Both the position numbers and the translations under genes were made by a program. From Gammaproteobacteria bacterium (lineage in GTDB: Bacteria; Pseudomonadota; Gammaproteobacteria; SURF-13), in NCBI GenBank assembly GCA_038924245.1, contig JBCKVB010000001.1, forward strand, positions 9,798 through 73,797: a DNA stretch of 64,000 bases, given 5' to 3'. The number at the start of each line of letters is the position of its first letter. Position 1 is the first letter of the stretch. This document shows, in pieces, positions 40,912 to 53,399 of this stretch. The notes beneath the pieces were generated by a model. That model did not search any database. It was given only the letters and a program-made list of their open reading frames with translations, and was not told the origin of the DNA.

Positions 40912-41970
40912 TCACTCACGCGGCGTGCGGTCGTAGAGGTGGCTGTCGAGATAGTGTTGGCGCAGGTGGCGCAGCAGCACCACGATGACCGCCGCGGCCG
41001 GCAAGGCGAGCAGTATGCCGAGGAAGCCGAACAACTGGCCGCCCGCCATCACCGCGAAAATCACCGCCACGGGATGCAGGCCGACGCGTTTGCCGATCAG
41101 ATGCGGCGTGAGCCAGAAACTTTCGATCAACTGGCCGGCGCCGAATACCGCCAGTACCGGCAGCAAATACAGCAGGTCCTGAAACTGCACCAGTGCGGCG
41201 ATACTTGCCAACACGATGCCGATGGCGAACCCAAGATACGGCACAAAGCTCAGCAGGCCCGCGATCAGGCCGATGAGCAGCGCCAGGTCCAATCCCATGA
41301 TCCATAAGCCCGCGGTGTAAAGAACGCAGAGCGCCAGCATGACCAGTAATTGTCCACGCAGAAATGCGCCCAGCACGTCATCGCTTTCCCGCGCGAGCTT
41401 CGTCACCGTCGGCTCGACGTGGCGCGGCAGCATCTCATGGATATGCTTGAGCAGCACATTCCAGTCGCGCAGCAGGTAAAACGTGACCAGGGGAATCAGT
41501 ATCAGATTCACCAGCCAGGATAAGAATGCGAGCCCGGAGTCCGTGACCTCGCCCATCACGCTCGCGGCCAGGCCGCCCGCCTGTTGCCAGTGCGCGCGCA
41601 GGATTTCCTGCAAAGCGCTGATATCAAGCCCGATTTCTTCGATGCCCAGGCGCGCGCGCAGCCAGGGCAGCGCCGTCTCCTGCAGCCAGGCGAAATAGCC
41701 GGGCAGTTTACCGATGAAGGTGGCGATTTGCCGTTCCAGCAGCGGGACCAGGATGACCAGTGTCACCAGCACGATCAGCAGGATCAGGCCGAACACCAGG
41801 GTGGCGGAGAGCGAGCGCGACAGTTTGCGCGCCTCCAGACGGTTCACCAGCGGGTTGCCGAGGTAGGCGAACAGAGCGGCGGCGAGAAACGGGGTGAGTA
41901 CCGGGGCAAGCAGATACATGAGCAGCGCGCCGCCCGCGAGCGCGGCCAATGACAGCCACGCCTTAGTCAC
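40912..41970 (-). CDS. AI-2E family transporter (PerM/YhhT-like)
   Basis: 352 aa; 8 TM segments; conserved C-terminal FGFLGILLALP. Confidence 0.8.
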   Translation of the reverse strand: MTKAWLSLAALAGGALLMYLLAPVLTPFLAAALFAYLGNPLVNRLEARKLSRSLSATLVFGLILLIVLVTLVILVPLLERQIATFIGKLPGYFAWLQETALPWLRARLGIEEIGLDISALQEILRAHWQQAGGLAASVMGEVTDSGLAFLSWLVNLILIPLVTFYLLRDWNVLLKHIHEMLPRHVEPTVTKLARESDDVLGAFLRGQLLVMLALCVLYTAGLWIMGLDLALLIGLIAGLLSFVPYLGFAIGIVLASIAALVQFQDLLYLLPVLAVFGAGQLIESFWLTPHLIGKRVGLHPVAVIFAVMAGGQLFGFLGILLALPAAAVIVVLLRHLRQHYLDSHLYDRTPRE

Positions 41971-42532
41971 GCCGCTCCTGTGTGTTCACTTGCTGTACGC
42001 GCGTAATCCAGCTCCAGACGTAATCCAGCCAGCTCCAGAGGGTGGATACGAGTACCAGGTAAACCAAGCCGACGATGCTCCACTCCGGCAGCGGCAAGAT
42101 GCTGAGTTTCAGCATCACGACCAACACTAGGCTGATCTGTAAAACGGTATTGACCTTGCTGATCCGGGTCGGCGCCAGGTCAAAGCGCCGGACGGTGAAA
42201 TGGTAAACCAGCGCACCGCCGATAATCATCAGGTCGCGCCCCAGCACCACCGCCACCAGCCAGCCCGGCAGCAGATCGAGCCAGGCCAGCGTGACATAAG
42301 CGGAGACTAGCAATATTTTATCGGCCAGCGGGTCGAGGATGGATCCCAGCCGGCTCTTCCAGCCGTGACGTTTGGCCAGATAGCCATCCAGGGCGTCACT
42401 TAGCCCCGCCACGCCAAACAGCAGCAACGCGGTAAAATAGCGCCCATCCAGCAACGCCATGATGAAAAACGGCACCAGCGCGATGCGCACCAGGCTGATA
42501 ATATTGGGAAGGTTGTTTTTGTCCATGAACAC
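41963..42532 (-). CDS. pgsA: CDP-alcohol phosphatidyltransferase, probable CDP-diacylglycerol--glycerol-3-phosphate 3-phosphatidyltransferase
   Basis: 189 aa; DALDGYLAKRHGWKSRLGSILDPLADK matches the D-G-x2-A-R...G-x3-D-x3-D motif. Confidence 0.7.
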   Translation of the reverse strand: MFMDKNNLPNIISLVRIALVPFFIMALLDGRYFTALLLFGVAGLSDALDGYLAKRHGWKSRLGSILDPLADKILLVSAYVTLAWLDLLPGWLVAVVLGRDLMIIGGALVYHFTVRRFDLAPTRISKVNTVLQISLVLVVMLKLSILPLPEWSIVGLVYLVLVSTLWSWLDYVWSWITRVQQVNTQERRD

Positions 42533-42764
42533 TCCCGTATTTTAGCAGGGTTTGGCCGCCTACTGCGCGCGGTTTGAAGGACGTTTTATTAACCAATACC
42601 CCGCACTCTTGGAGCGGCCCCGGCAATGGGGTTCCCAAAGGGGAGTGGCGCCAGCTCGCCCCTTTGGTCGCCCGCGCGGATTCATTCCGCGCGGTGCGAA
42701 ATCTAATAGCATTTGCAGTCTGTGCGCGGGCCCGATAACATAGCCTTCTTATCTAGCGCATACC

Positions 42765-43826
42765 GTGTCCAACCCCCCTTCCAAAACCCCTCTGCGCTAT
42801 CAGGATGCCGGTGTCAGCATAGACGCCGGCAATGCGCTGGTCGAGCGCATCAAGCCCATCGCGGCGCGCACCGCCCGCCCCGGCCTGCTGGCGGGCATCG
42901 GTGGTTTCGGCGCGCTGTTCGAGATTCCGCCCGGTCGCTACCGTGAACCGGTGCTGGTGTCGAGCACTGACGGCGTGGGCACCAAGCTCAGGCTCGCCAT
43001 CGAAATGGGCCGCCACGACACCATCGGCATTGATCTGGTGGCGATGTGCGTGAACGACGTGATCGTGCAGGGTGCCGAACCCCTGTTCTTTCTCGACTAC
43101 TACGCCACCGGCAAGCTCAGCGTGGAGGTGGCCGCGCAGGTCATCCAGGGCATCGGCGCGGGCTGCGAGCTGGCCGGCGCGGCGCTGGTGGGCGGCGAAA
43201 CCGCCGAGATGCCCGGCATGTACGCGGGCGGCGATTACGATCTCGCCGGTTTCTGCGTGGGCGTGGTGGAAAAATCACGCATCCTGGACGGCTGTAAAGT
43301 GGCGCCGGGCGATGTACTGCTGGGACTCGCCTCCAGCGGCCCGCATTCCAACGGCTATTCGCTGATACGCAAAATCATCGAGGTCACCCGCAGCGATCTC
43401 AACCAGCCGTTTGACGGCAGCACCCTGGGCGCAACGCTGCTCACGCCGACGCGCATTTACGTAAAGCCGCTGTTAAAGCTCCTTAATGAGATTGAAATTC
43501 ACGCCTTGGCGCACATCACCGGCGGCGGTCTTCTGGAAAACATCCCGCGCGTGCTGCCGGAAAACACCCGCGCGGTACTCGACCACAACGCCTGGCCCAC
43601 CCCGCCTGTCTTTGATTGGCTACAGCGGCAAGGCCAGGTGAGCGATACGGAAATGTACCGCACCTTCAACTGCGGTGTCGGCATGGTGGTGTGCGTTGCG
43701 GAACAGCATGCCGCCGCCACGCAGAGCCTGCTTCAGGCCCAGGGCGAAACCGTGTGGCGCATCGGACATGTCGAGACGCGCGTGGATCAGAACACGGCGC
43801 AGGTACTCATCAAGCCCCGCTCATGA
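42765..43826 (+). CDS. purM: Phosphoribosylformylglycinamidine cyclo-ligase
   Basis: 353 aa; [15 protein letters not shown]...[10 protein letters not shown]... Confidence 0.95.
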   Translation: MSNPPSKTPLRYQDAGVSIDAGNALVERIKPIAARTARPGLLAGIGGFGALFEIPPGRYREPVLVSSTDGVGTKLRLAIEMGRHDTIGIDLVAMCVNDVIVQGAEPLFFLDYYATGKLSVEVAAQVIQGIGAGCELAGAALVGGETAEMPGMYAGGDYDLAGFCVGVVEKSRILDGCKVAPGDVLLGLASSGPHSNGYSLIRKIIEVTRSDLNQPFDGSTLGATLLTPTRIYVKPLLKLLNEIEIHALAHITGGGLLENIPRVLPENTRAVLDHNAWPTPPVFDWLQRQGQVSDTEMYRTFNCGVGMVVCVAEQHAAATQSLLQAQGETVWRIGHVETRVDQNTAQVLIKPRS

Positions 43827-44527
43827 AGCCGGGCGGCGCTGCGCGCAAGCTCCCCGTTGTCATACTCCTCTCCGGGCGCGGCAGCAACCTGCGCGCCATC
43901 GCCGAGGCGGCGCGCGGCGATCTGCCCATCGAGATACGCGCCGTCATCAGCAACCGTCCCGATGCGCCGGGTCTGGTTTATGCGCGTGAGTCCGGCCTCC
44001 CAACCGAGGTGCTGAGTCACACGCAATTTACAGACCGCGCGGCCTACGACAACGCACTACAGAAATTGATAGACCGTCATGCGCCGGAACTGGTGCTGCT
44101 CGCCGGTTTCATGCGCGTGCTTACACCGCAATTTGTCGCGCACTACAAAGGACGCATGCTGAACATCCACCCTTCCCTGCTCCCCGCCTTTCCCGGCCTG
44201 CGCACCGCGCAGCGCGCGCTGGAGGCGGGCGCGAGTGAACATGGCGCGAGTGTGCATTTTGTCACTGAAGAGGTGGACGGCGGCCCGGTGGTGTTACAGG
44301 CCAAGGTTCCGGTATTGCCGGGGGATACAGCGGAAACCTTGAATGCGCGCGCACTGGAACAGGAACACCGCATTTACCCGCAAGCGATAGGCTGGTTCGC
44401 CGAGGGCCGGCTGAAATTGGTCACCGACGACGCACAGGGACGTGCTAGTGTCGCGGGAGGCAGGACGCCGGGAGCGACTAATGACGGCACCTATGCCGCG
44501 CTGGATGGTCAAAGACTCAAGCCATGA
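43823..44527 (+). CDS. purN: Phosphoribosylglycinamide formyltransferase (ATGA overlap with purM; the long ORF from 43616 is rejected)
   Basis: [18 protein letters not shown]...[12 protein letters not shown]...[13 protein letters not shown]. Confidence 0.9.
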   Translation: MKPGGAARKLPVVILLSGRGSNLRAIAEAARGDLPIEIRAVISNRPDAPGLVYARESGLPTEVLSHTQFTDRAAYDNALQKLIDRHAPELVLLAGFMRVLTPQFVAHYKGRMLNIHPSLLPAFPGLRTAQRALEAGASEHGASVHFVTEEVDGGPVVLQAKVPVLPGDTAETLNARALEQEHRIYPQAIGWFAEGRLKLVTDDAQGRASVAGGRTPGATNDGTYAALDGQRLKP

Positions 44528-45243
44528 TAAAAAATATTTTCATCACACTGCTATTCCTGTGCGTTGCGCCAGTCTGGGCCGCGCCGGCGCCCAAACCCTT
44601 TACCGCGTATTACACGGTGACGGTGGGCAACATCCACGCAGGCGAAATCCGCCGCTCGCTGAGCGTCACGGAACAGGGGCAGTTTGTGTTTGAATCCGAA
44701 ACCAAAAGCGGCGGACTGGCCGCGCTGTTTGTAAAAGATCACATCATCGAACGCAGCGTGTGGCGCTATAACAACCGGATACCGCAACCGCTGCACTTTC
44801 AATATCAAAAAACCGGCGGCAAAAAGGAACGCAAATACGCGCTCAGCTTCGACTGGAACACAGGCGTGGTGAAGGACGAATCAACCGCCGATCCGTGGCA
44901 GGCCCGGCTTGATAAAGGCGCGCAAGACCGGCTGCTCTATCAACTCACCCTGATGTACGACCTGCAAAACGGCCGCACCGAGTTTGACTATCCGCTAGTG
45001 GACGGTCACAAGCTCAAGAATTACCGCTTCCAGAAAGTGGCGGAGGAAATGATTGAGACTCCGCTGGGCTCGCTCAAAACCGTCAAGCTTTCCCGTATTC
45101 TGGAATCGGACGATAAGACCGTGACACTCTGGTGCGCCCCCAGCCTGGATTACCTGCCGGTGCGTATCGAGCAAAACGAAAAAGACGGCAACCGCTTCAG
45201 CGCCACCATCCGCGCCGTGGAAGGCCTGCCCACTGCGCGCTAA
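44524..45243 (+). CDS. DUF3108 domain-containing secreted protein
   Basis: 239 aa with signal peptide; the conserved gene that follows purN in many proteobacteria. Confidence 0.65.
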   Translation: MIKNIFITLLFLCVAPVWAAPAPKPFTAYYTVTVGNIHAGEIRRSLSVTEQGQFVFESETKSGGLAALFVKDHIIERSVWRYNNRIPQPLHFQYQKTGGKKERKYALSFDWNTGVVKDESTADPWQARLDKGAQDRLLYQLTLMYDLQNGRTEFDYPLVDGHKLKNYRFQKVAEEMIETPLGSLKTVKLSRILESDDKTVTLWCAPSLDYLPVRIEQNEKDGNRFSATIRAVEGLPTAR

Positions 45244-45268
45244 TCAAAATGAATCCCTTAAATCGTAC

Positions 45269-45649
45269 TTACAGCAACGTAAATCCCGCCGCGTCCCTGG
45301 CGCGTTTATCAAATGAGCCTGTTTCAGTACAACCGTGTGCAACATTACGCTGCCCAATGAAGCAGTCCGTAAACCCTGCTCCGGATCGGCGGTAGTCGTT
45401 CAGGGCCGCTTGCGCGATGTCGGCGTTTTCCACCTCAATTTCATGCGTCGATAACAGCCGTTCGAGCATGATAATAATCGCCTCCTTGCCATAGCCATAA
45501 GCGGACTCCAAGACCCAAACGGTCTCGCAAAGCACGATGCAATTGACATGGATCGTGGCCGATTTGATATAGCGCTTGGCTTTTGTGGCCTGGGCCTCGT
45601 CATCAGCGACGAGGTAACGAATGAGGACGTTGGTATCAACCCCCTTCAT
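45269..45649 (-). CDS. vapC: PIN-domain toxin VapC
   Basis: 126 aa; MKGVDTNVLIRYLVADDEAQ... Confidence 0.75.
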   Translation of the reverse strand: MKGVDTNVLIRYLVADDEAQATKAKRYIKSATIHVNCIVLCETVWVLESAYGYGKEAIIIMLERLLSTHEIEVENADIAQAALNDYRRSGAGFTDCFIGQRNVAHGCTETGSFDKRARDAAGFTLL

Positions 45650-45885
45650 GGCTTCTTGAACCGCCGGCGGATCGCCTCATCCATATCCTTAACCGAGACG
45701 GGCTTCTTTCCTGCGCGATGGAGCAGACCATAGAGTTCGGAAACATGATATTTTGCCGCTTCCAAAACCACCTGGCCGGTGTCCGCAACCCGAAACCTAA
45801 GCTTATCGCCGAGCTTCAACTTTAAACGTGCGCGAATATCGCGTGGTATGGTGATTTGGCCTTTGGAGGTGAGACGAGCTTCGGA
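45646..45885 (-). CDS. vapB: AbrB/MazE/SpoVT-type antitoxin VapB
   Basis: MSEARLTSKGQITIPRDIRARLKLKLGDKL swapped-hairpin motif; overlaps the vapC start. Confidence 0.7.
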   Translation of the reverse strand, partial: SEARLTSKGQITIPRDIRARLKLKLGDKLRFRVADTGQVVLEAAKYHVSELYGLLHRAGKKPVSVKDMDEAIRRRFKKP

Positions 45886-46039
45886 CATAATTAGCAACCC
45901 AATAAGTAATGAAAATCCTTATTCATTGTAAGGAGATGGTTGAGGTTTGTCAACAGATCGTTAGCACTGCCGTGGTACGTCAATAACCGTCTTGTGCCTG
46001 CGCAAGCCCCAGGCAGGGGCTGGAGCTTACCCCGCTGAG

Positions 46040-47332
<1,293 letters not shown>

Positions 47333-48520
47333 TCAGTTCCCTGCCGCCGTCACAACCCACACGCCGTTTTGGTTCACCAGCGCGCGGTCGCACTGCATTT
47401 CGCGCGCGCCACCGTTTTGGCCGGGCAGCGCCATGACCACGCGCTCACCCTGCGCGCGCAGTTCTGAAATTTTCGCTTGCAGCGCGGCATCCTCCAACGC
47501 CGGGGCGTAAATCCCGCGCACAGTTGCGAGTGTCGCGGGCAGGAGGCTGAGCAGGGTTTTGATATCGGTGCTGAAGCCGGTGGCGGGACGCGCGCGGCCA
47601 AACACCTTGCCCACGTCGTCATAGCGCCCGCCTTGCGCGATGGCCTGGCCGTGTCCGGGCACGAAGGCGGCGAACACCATGCCGGTGTGATAGCCGTAGC
47701 CGCGCAACTCGGCCAGATCAAAGTACAACGGCACCTGCCCAAAACGCTGGCGCGCGGCTTGCGCGATTACCTTGAGCTTGGCGAGCGCGTCACCGACCGC
47801 TGGCGGCGCGCCGCGCAGACGCTGTTCCGCCTCGGCCAGGACTTCGGCGCCGCCGTTCAACTCCGCCAGGCACAGCAGGCGCGCAAGCTGTTTTTTATCG
47901 AGCTTGAGCCGCGTGAGCAATTCTTCGATCTCAGGCAGCGCCTTGCGCTGCAGGGCGTCAAACAGTTCCGACTCCTGATCCGCGCTGAGCCCGGCGTCCT
48001 TTGCCAGCGCGCGGAAGATGCCCACGTGACCCAGGTCCACATGAAAGTCTTTAATGCCGGTGACACGCAGCGTTTCCACCATCAGCGCAAGCACCTCGAC
48101 ATCGCTCTCGATACCGGCGTGACCGAACAGCTCCGCGCCCGCCTGCAAGGGGTTGCGCGTGCGCGCGAAGCCATCCGGCCGCGTGTGCAGCACGCCGCCG
48201 AAATAGCACAAGCGCGTGGGTACGTTGCGTTTCAGGTAATGCGCGTCTATGCGCGCCACCTGCGGCGTCATGTCGGCGCTCACCCCCATCAGGCGTCCGC
48301 TGAGCGGATCGGTGAGTTTGAAGGTTTTCAGATCGAGGTCATTGCCGGTGCCGGTGAGCAGCGCCTCCAGATATTCGACCAGCGGCGGCACGACCAGCTC
48401 GTAACCCCAACACTGGAACAAATCCAGCACGCGGCGGCGCAATTGCTCCAGGCGCTCCGCCTGCGGCGGCAGCACCTCTTCAATGCCTTCGGGCAGCAGC
48501 CAGCGGTCGTGAGTGGACAT
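47333..48520 (-). CDS. hisZ: ATP phosphoribosyltransferase regulatory subunit
   Basis: 395 aa; class II aaRS-like (HisRS paralog) without an anticodon-binding domain. Confidence 0.85.
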   Translation of the reverse strand: MSTHDRWLLPEGIEEVLPPQAERLEQLRRRVLDLFQCWGYELVVPPLVEYLEALLTGTGNDLDLKTFKLTDPLSGRLMGVSADMTPQVARIDAHYLKRNVPTRLCYFGGVLHTRPDGFARTRNPLQAGAELFGHAGIESDVEVLALMVETLRVTGIKDFHVDLGHVGIFRALAKDAGLSADQESELFDALQRKALPEIEELLTRLKLDKKQLARLLCLAELNGGAEVLAEAEQRLRGAPPAVGDALAKLKVIAQAARQRFGQVPLYFDLAELRGYGYHTGMVFAAFVPGHGQAIAQGGRYDDVGKVFGRARPATGFSTDIKTLLSLLPATLATVRGIYAPALEDAALQAKISELRAQGERVVMALPGQNGGAREMQCDRALVNQNGVWVVTAAGN

Positions 48521-48535
48521 GGGGGAATAAAGTTA

Positions 48536-48730
48536 TCAGTGCACGATATAGAGCAAGGTTAGACCAAGCAGCATGCTCACCAGGCCAGCAATGCGCAGCG
48601 TCATATCGTCCATTTGGTTGACCATCAGTAACAAGCGCCGCACTGCGGCGGGATTGATAAACGGCGCGATACCTTCAATCACCAGCAGTAATGCGAGGGC
48701 GCTGAGCAGTGTTTCCCACATCGTCTGCAC
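48536..48730 (-). CDS. DUF2065 (YjeT) small membrane protein
   Basis: 64 aa; two TM helices; conserved position after hflC. Confidence 0.7.
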   Translation of the reverse strand: MQTMWETLLSALALLLVIEGIAPFINPAAVRRLLLMVNQMDDMTLRIAGLVSMLLGLTLLYIVH

Positions 48731-48772
48731 TAAGGCGCGGGGCGCCTACACAATGAGATCAAACGCGGAGCA

Positions 48773-49651
48773 TCACGGTTTGCCTTGAGCACTGGGGTTT
48801 TTAAAGTATTTGAAAAACTCCGAGCCGGGGTCCAGCACCAGCACGTCACTCTTGTCGCGGAAGGTGTTTTTATACGCATTCAGGCTGCGGTACAGCGAGT
48901 AGAATTCCACATCGCTGCCGAAGGCCTTGGCATAGGTGGCCGCGGCCTGCGCGTCGCCTGCGCCGCGGATTTGCTCCGCCTCGCGGTAGGCCTCGGCGAC
49001 GATCACCGTGCGCTGCCGGTCGGCATCCGCCCTGATGCCCTCCGCCGCCTCCGCGCCGCGAGCGCGGAACTCGCGCGCCGCGCGCGCACGTTCCGCGCGC
49101 ATGCGTTCATACACCGAACCGCTCACCTCTTTGGGTAAATCCACGCGGCGCAGGCGCACGTCCACCACCTCAATACCCAATTCCTTGCCCTGCCTGGCGG
49201 CAGCACTCATCACGCTATCTATGATTGCCGCGCGGTCACCCGCCACCACGTTTTGTAAGGTGCGTGCGGCGAACTCAGCGCGCAGCCCCCTCGTGATGAC
49301 CTGAAACAGATTGGCCCCGGCGCGCGCCGGATCGCCGCCGGTGGCGGTGTAGAAACGCGCCACGTCCACGATGCGCCACTTGACATAGGAATCCACCAGC
49401 ACGCTCTTCTTTTCCACCGTGAGATAGTCTTCCGGCTCGGCATCCAGCACCTGGATGCGCGCGTCAAACTTACGCACGTTGTAAAGAATCGGCACCCGGG
49501 CGTACAGGCCGGGCTTAAAATCAGTGCGCACGATCTCGCCCAGGCGGAGCAGGATGACGCGCTCACGCTCATGCACGGTAAACAGCGTGGCATAGCCCAG
49601 CACCAATACCGCCAGGCCTATAATCAAGGCCAGTGTCTTTTTATCCATCAT
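48773..49651 (-). CDS. hflC: FtsH protease modulator HflC
   Basis: 292 aa; SPFH/band-7 domain with an N-terminal TM helix. Confidence 0.9.
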   Translation of the reverse strand: MMDKKTLALIIGLAVLVLGYATLFTVHERERVILLRLGEIVRTDFKPGLYARVPILYNVRKFDARIQVLDAEPEDYLTVEKKSVLVDSYVKWRIVDVARFYTATGGDPARAGANLFQVITRGLRAEFAARTLQNVVAGDRAAIIDSVMSAAARQGKELGIEVVDVRLRRVDLPKEVSGSVYERMRAERARAAREFRARGAEAAEGIRADADRQRTVIVAEAYREAEQIRGAGDAQAAATYAKAFGSDVEFYSLYRSLNAYKNTFRDKSDVLVLDPGSEFFKYFKNPSAQGKP

Positions 49652-50832
49652 CAGCGCTCTCCTCTGTTAGGGCTGCGTTCGGGCGTATCGCCGCGCTGGG
49701 CGGCGGCATTCTGGCCTTCCTGAGTCTGGCTGGCGGCCGGAGGCAACAAGCGCTCCAGCGCCTTGTCGGCGGGCATGGCCGGTGCGCCACTCATGCGGTC
49801 AAGAGGCAGGTACAGCAGGTTGCCGCTGCCTTTGACATCCACCATCACCTTGCCTGCGCTGGACAGCACGGACTCCATCGCCTCCAGATACAAACGCTCG
49901 CGCGTTACCGCGGGCGCCTTGCGGTACTCGGCCAGCACCTGCGTAAAGCGGCTCGCCTCGCCCGTGGCCTGGGCAATCACCCTGAATTTGTAGGCTTCGG
50001 CTTCCTGTTGTTGACGCGTCGCCGCGCCGCGCGCCACCGGCACGATGCCGTTGGCGTAAGTCTGCGCCTCGTTGATCAGACGCTGCTCATCTTCGCGCGC
50101 GCGGACCACGTCCAGGAACGCATCGCGCACCTCCGCCGGGGCGGTGGCCTGCTGCATATTGACGCTGGTCATCTGTAATCCGGTGCCGTAGCGGTCCAGA
50201 ATATCCTGAATCAGTTTCTCCAGCTGCGGCTCGATCTCTTTGCGGCCCTCGGTGATGATCAAATCCATCGTGTTCTTACCGACAATCTCGCGCACCGCGC
50301 TCTCTGTAACCCGGCTCAGCGTTGCATCGGGATCGCGCACATTGAACAGATAGTCGGTCACATCCTTGATCTTGTATTGCACGGCAAGCTTAAGGTCTAC
50401 GATGTTTTCATCTTGCGTAAGAATCAACGAGCCCGGACTGTCGCTTTCCCCCCCCGCGCGTACGCCGATCTCGGCGCGCCTGATTTGATCCACGTCCACC
50501 ACCTCGACCGCTCCAATGGGATACGACCAGTTCCAGTGCGGCCCGGGCAGGGTGGTCACCATGTATTTGCCGAAGCGCATCTCCACGCCGCGCTCGGCGG
50601 GATCAATGATGTAAATGCCGGAGAGCAGCCAGATGAGCACGACAACGCCGGCCACCACCATTCCGCTACGCGCGTTCAAGCCGCCGGAATCGCCGCCCTT
50701 ATCGCCGCCAAACAGGGCGTTCAGTTTTTTCTGGAAGCGGCGCAGCATTTCATCCAGGTCAGGCGGCCCGCTCTCGGTACCGCGCTTACTCCAGGGATCT
50801 TTGCTGCCGCCACCCGGTTCATTCCAAGCCAT
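49651..50832 (-). CDS. hflK: FtsH protease modulator HflK
   Basis: 393 aa; SPFH domain; stop overlaps the hflC start. Confidence 0.9.
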   Translation of the reverse strand: MAWNEPGGGSKDPWSKRGTESGPPDLDEMLRRFQKKLNALFGGDKGGDSGGLNARSGMVVAGVVVLIWLLSGIYIIDPAERGVEMRFGKYMVTTLPGPHWNWSYPIGAVEVVDVDQIRRAEIGVRAGGESDSPGSLILTQDENIVDLKLAVQYKIKDVTDYLFNVRDPDATLSRVTESAVREIVGKNTMDLIITEGRKEIEPQLEKLIQDILDRYGTGLQMTSVNMQQATAPAEVRDAFLDVVRAREDEQRLINEAQTYANGIVPVARGAATRQQQEAEAYKFRVIAQATGEASRFTQVLAEYRKAPAVTRERLYLEAMESVLSSAGKVMVDVKGSGNLLYLPLDRMSGAPAMPADKALERLLPPAASQTQEGQNAAAQRGDTPERSPNRGER

Positions 50833-50866
50833 GATGCGCTCCTCGTTGTATTTTCTTCACCGCCGG

Positions 50867-52054
50867 TTATGAGACCGCGGCCAGTTGTGTATCGTCTTCG
50901 AGACAAGACATCTCGTCCGTCTGCCGTGTGTATCCATTTGCGGCGCGTTGCTCACCCGCGTGTTCGGCCAGCGCGAGGCGCAGCAAGTCCAGTCCCATGC
51001 CGTTCGCGGCGGACACCCAGACGCGCTTTACGCCCCCATCGCGATTGCGCTCCGAGCGCGGTGTGCCATTCTCCAATAGATCAATCTTGTTGTATACCTC
51101 AATCTGAGGAATATCCTGCGCGCCGATTTCCTGTAATACCCGGTTCACCTGCTGGCTACGCTCATGGTGCTGGGGATCGCCGACATCCACCACGTGCAGC
51201 AGCAGGCTCGCCAGGCGCGTTTCTTCCAGCGTGGCGCGGAACGCCGCCACCAGATCATGCGGCAGATCGCGGATAAAGCCCACGGTATCGGCCAGAATCA
51301 CCGGCGCGCCGCCCGCCAGCTCAATGCGGCGCAGCGTGGGGTCGAGCGTGGCGAATAATTGATTGGCGGTGTAGACCTTGGCGCCGCTGAGCGCATTGAA
51401 CAGGGTGGACTTCCCGGCATTAGTGTACCCCACCAGTGACACTGTGGGTAGCGCCACCTTGGTGCGCCGCTTTCTCCCTTGCGCGCGCTGTTTCTCCACC
51501 TTGTGCAGGCGCTTTTGCACCTGCTTGATGCGCTCGGCGATCTGGCGTCGGTCGCTTTCCAGTTGGGTTTCACCCGGTCCGCCGCGCAGACCGATACCGC
51601 CCTTTTGCCGCTCCAGGTGGGTCCAGCCGCGCACCAGGCGGGTCGAGATGTGCTGTAGCTGGGCCAGCTCCACTTGCAGTTTTCCTTCGTGGGTCTGGGC
51701 GCGGCGCGCGAAGATGTCCAGTATCAAGCCGGTGCGATCCAGCACGCGGCAGTTGAGAAAGCGTTGCAGATTGCGCTCCTGAGACGGGCTCAGCGCATGG
51801 TTGAACAACACCACCGCGGCTTGCTCGCGCGCGACCGCGTCGCGTATCTCCTCGGCCTTGCCGCTGCCGACATAGTATTGGGGGTCGGGCTTCTTGCGCG
51901 TCCCGCTTATCGAGGCCACGGGGATCACGCCCGCCGAACGCGCCAGCTCACGCAGTTCGGCGAGCTCGGCGGCCATATCCTGCCCTTGCAGGTCAAGCTG
52001 CACCAGCACCGCGCGTTCCGCTTCCAGCGGGCGGGTGCGCGCACGGTCAAACAA
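50867..52054 (-). CDS. hflX: GTPase HflX
   Basis: 395 aa; G1 GYTNAGKST, G3 DTVGF. Confidence 0.9.
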   Translation of the reverse strand: MFDRARTRPLEAERAVLVQLDLQGQDMAAELAELRELARSAGVIPVASISGTRKKPDPQYYVGSGKAEEIRDAVAREQAAVVLFNHALSPSQERNLQRFLNCRVLDRTGLILDIFARRAQTHEGKLQVELAQLQHISTRLVRGWTHLERQKGGIGLRGGPGETQLESDRRQIAERIKQVQKRLHKVEKQRAQGRKRRTKVALPTVSLVGYTNAGKSTLFNALSGAKVYTANQLFATLDPTLRRIELAGGAPVILADTVGFIRDLPHDLVAAFRATLEETRLASLLLHVVDVGDPQHHERSQQVNRVLQEIGAQDIPQIEVYNKIDLLENGTPRSERNRDGGVKRVWVSAANGMGLDLLRLALAEHAGEQRAANGYTRQTDEMSCLEDDTQLAAVS

Positions 52055-52065
52055 TCACGCGCCCC

Positions 52066-52317
52066 TCAATCAGCGGCATCAGGCTTGTCCATCTCGGCGA
52101 GCGGCAACTTGATATTGCGCGCGGGCACCACCGTGGAAATGGCGTGCTTGTAGACCATCTGGCTTACGGTATTTTTGAGCAACACCACAAACTGGTCAAA
52201 CGATTCGATTTGGCCTTGCAGCTTGATGCCGTTGGTCAGATAGACCGAAACCGGTACGCCTTCCTTGCGCAGGGTATTTAAAAAAGGATCCTGCAGTGAT
52301 TTGTTTTTGGTCATCAT
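52066..52317 (-). CDS. hfq: RNA chaperone Hfq
   Basis: [59 protein letters not shown] Sm fold. Confidence 0.95.
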   Translation of the reverse strand: MMTKNKSLQDPFLNTLRKEGVPVSVYLTNGIKLQGQIESFDQFVVLLKNTVSQMVYKHAISTVVPARNIKLPLAEMDKPDAAD

Positions 52318-52342
52318 TCACCCTCCTTTTGTTGTTTTCATA

Positions 52343-53317
52343 TCAGGGCTGCCGTTTTGCCTCTTCCACACCATCCATGAGCTTATTAGTTGTGGCGTCC
52401 ACGCAATAGTTCAATACCTTGGCCGTAATATTTGCATCCAGGCTGTCAAACCACGTCACGCCCGGCTCCGTACGCAGCCAGGTAAGCTGGCGCTTGGCCA
52501 ATTGGCGCGTGGCTATAATAGCGCGCTTTGTCATCTCCTCGCAATTGAACTCCCCGTGCAGATGCCGCCAAATCTGGCGGTAGCCGACCGCGCGCAGGGC
52601 CGGCGTGTTCAGGCTCAAATCCCCACGCTGGTCAAGGGCTTTCACCTCTTCGATGAAACCGCGCTGTAACATGTCGTGGAACCGCGCGCCGATGCGTTCG
52701 TGCAGCGCGGCGCGTTCCACGGGCATGAGGGCGATCTTGCCGATACGGTACGGCAACGGCGTGCCCGGAGCGGAGCAGTGAAGTTCGCTCATCGGCCCGC
52801 TGTGCAGCTCACACACCTCCAGCGCGCGCTGAATGCGTTGCGCGTCGTTGGGATGAATGCGCGCAGCGGACGCGGGATCCAGCCGCGCCAAGCGCGCGTG
52901 CAGCGCCGCCCAGCCGTGCCGCTCCGCTTCGGCGGCGAGGCGCGCGCGCAGCGCCGGGTCGGCGCCGGGCAACTCCGAAAGACCGTATTCGAGTGCGCGG
53001 AAGTACAGCATAGTGCCGCCCACCAGCAGGGGAATGCGCCCGCGCCGCGTAATTTCGCTCATCTCGCGCAACGCATCGGCGCAAAATTGCGCCGCCGAAT
53101 AGGGCTCGGCCGGGTCGCGGATATCAATCAAACGGTGCGGCGCGCGCGCCAGCACCTCCGGCGGCGGTTTCGCCGTGCCGATGTCCATGCCGCGGTACAC
53201 CATGCCGGAGTCCACGCTGATGATGTCGCACGGCAGCCGCCCGGCCAGACGCAGCGCGAGATCGGTCTTGCCGGAGGCGGTCGGGCCCATCAGAAAGATG
53301 GTAGGGGGGAGGGGCAT
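52343..53317 (-). CDS. miaA: tRNA dimethylallyltransferase
   Basis: 324 aa; P-loop GPTASGKT. Confidence 0.9.
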   Translation of the reverse strand: MPLPPTIFLMGPTASGKTDLALRLAGRLPCDIISVDSGMVYRGMDIGTAKPPPEVLARAPHRLIDIRDPAEPYSAAQFCADALREMSEITRRGRIPLLVGGTMLYFRALEYGLSELPGADPALRARLAAEAERHGWAALHARLARLDPASAARIHPNDAQRIQRALEVCELHSGPMSELHCSAPGTPLPYRIGKIALMPVERAALHERIGARFHDMLQRGFIEEVKALDQRGDLSLNTPALRAVGYRQIWRHLHGEFNCEEMTKRAIIATRQLAKRQLTWLRTEPGVTWFDSLDANITAKVLNYCVDATTNKLMDGVEEAKRQP

Positions 53318-53399
53318 TTTCTTAAGGGGCTAGGGATTAGGGGCTAGGGGCTGGGGGCTCGCCTCTCCCTGGCCCCTAGTCCCCAGCCCCCACAGTTAA

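Noticed and set aside
43616-43822. N-terminal extension of purN giving a 303-aa ORF
   Set aside because: The extension overlaps the purM 3' end out of frame. The conserved PurN start ([18 protein letters not shown]) at 43823 forms the typical ATGA overlap with purM.
47477-48562. 361-aa plus-strand ORF over hisZ; similar long antisense ORFs at 15688-16632 (leuA), 17531-18478 (pssA/ilvC), 53791-54759 (mutL), 57154-58086 (nnr), 59613-60224 (folE), 60648-61214 (wrbA), 61674-62453 (proS)
   Set aside because: All are antisense to strongly supported conserved genes and have Arg/Ala/His-rich composition with no recognisable motifs.
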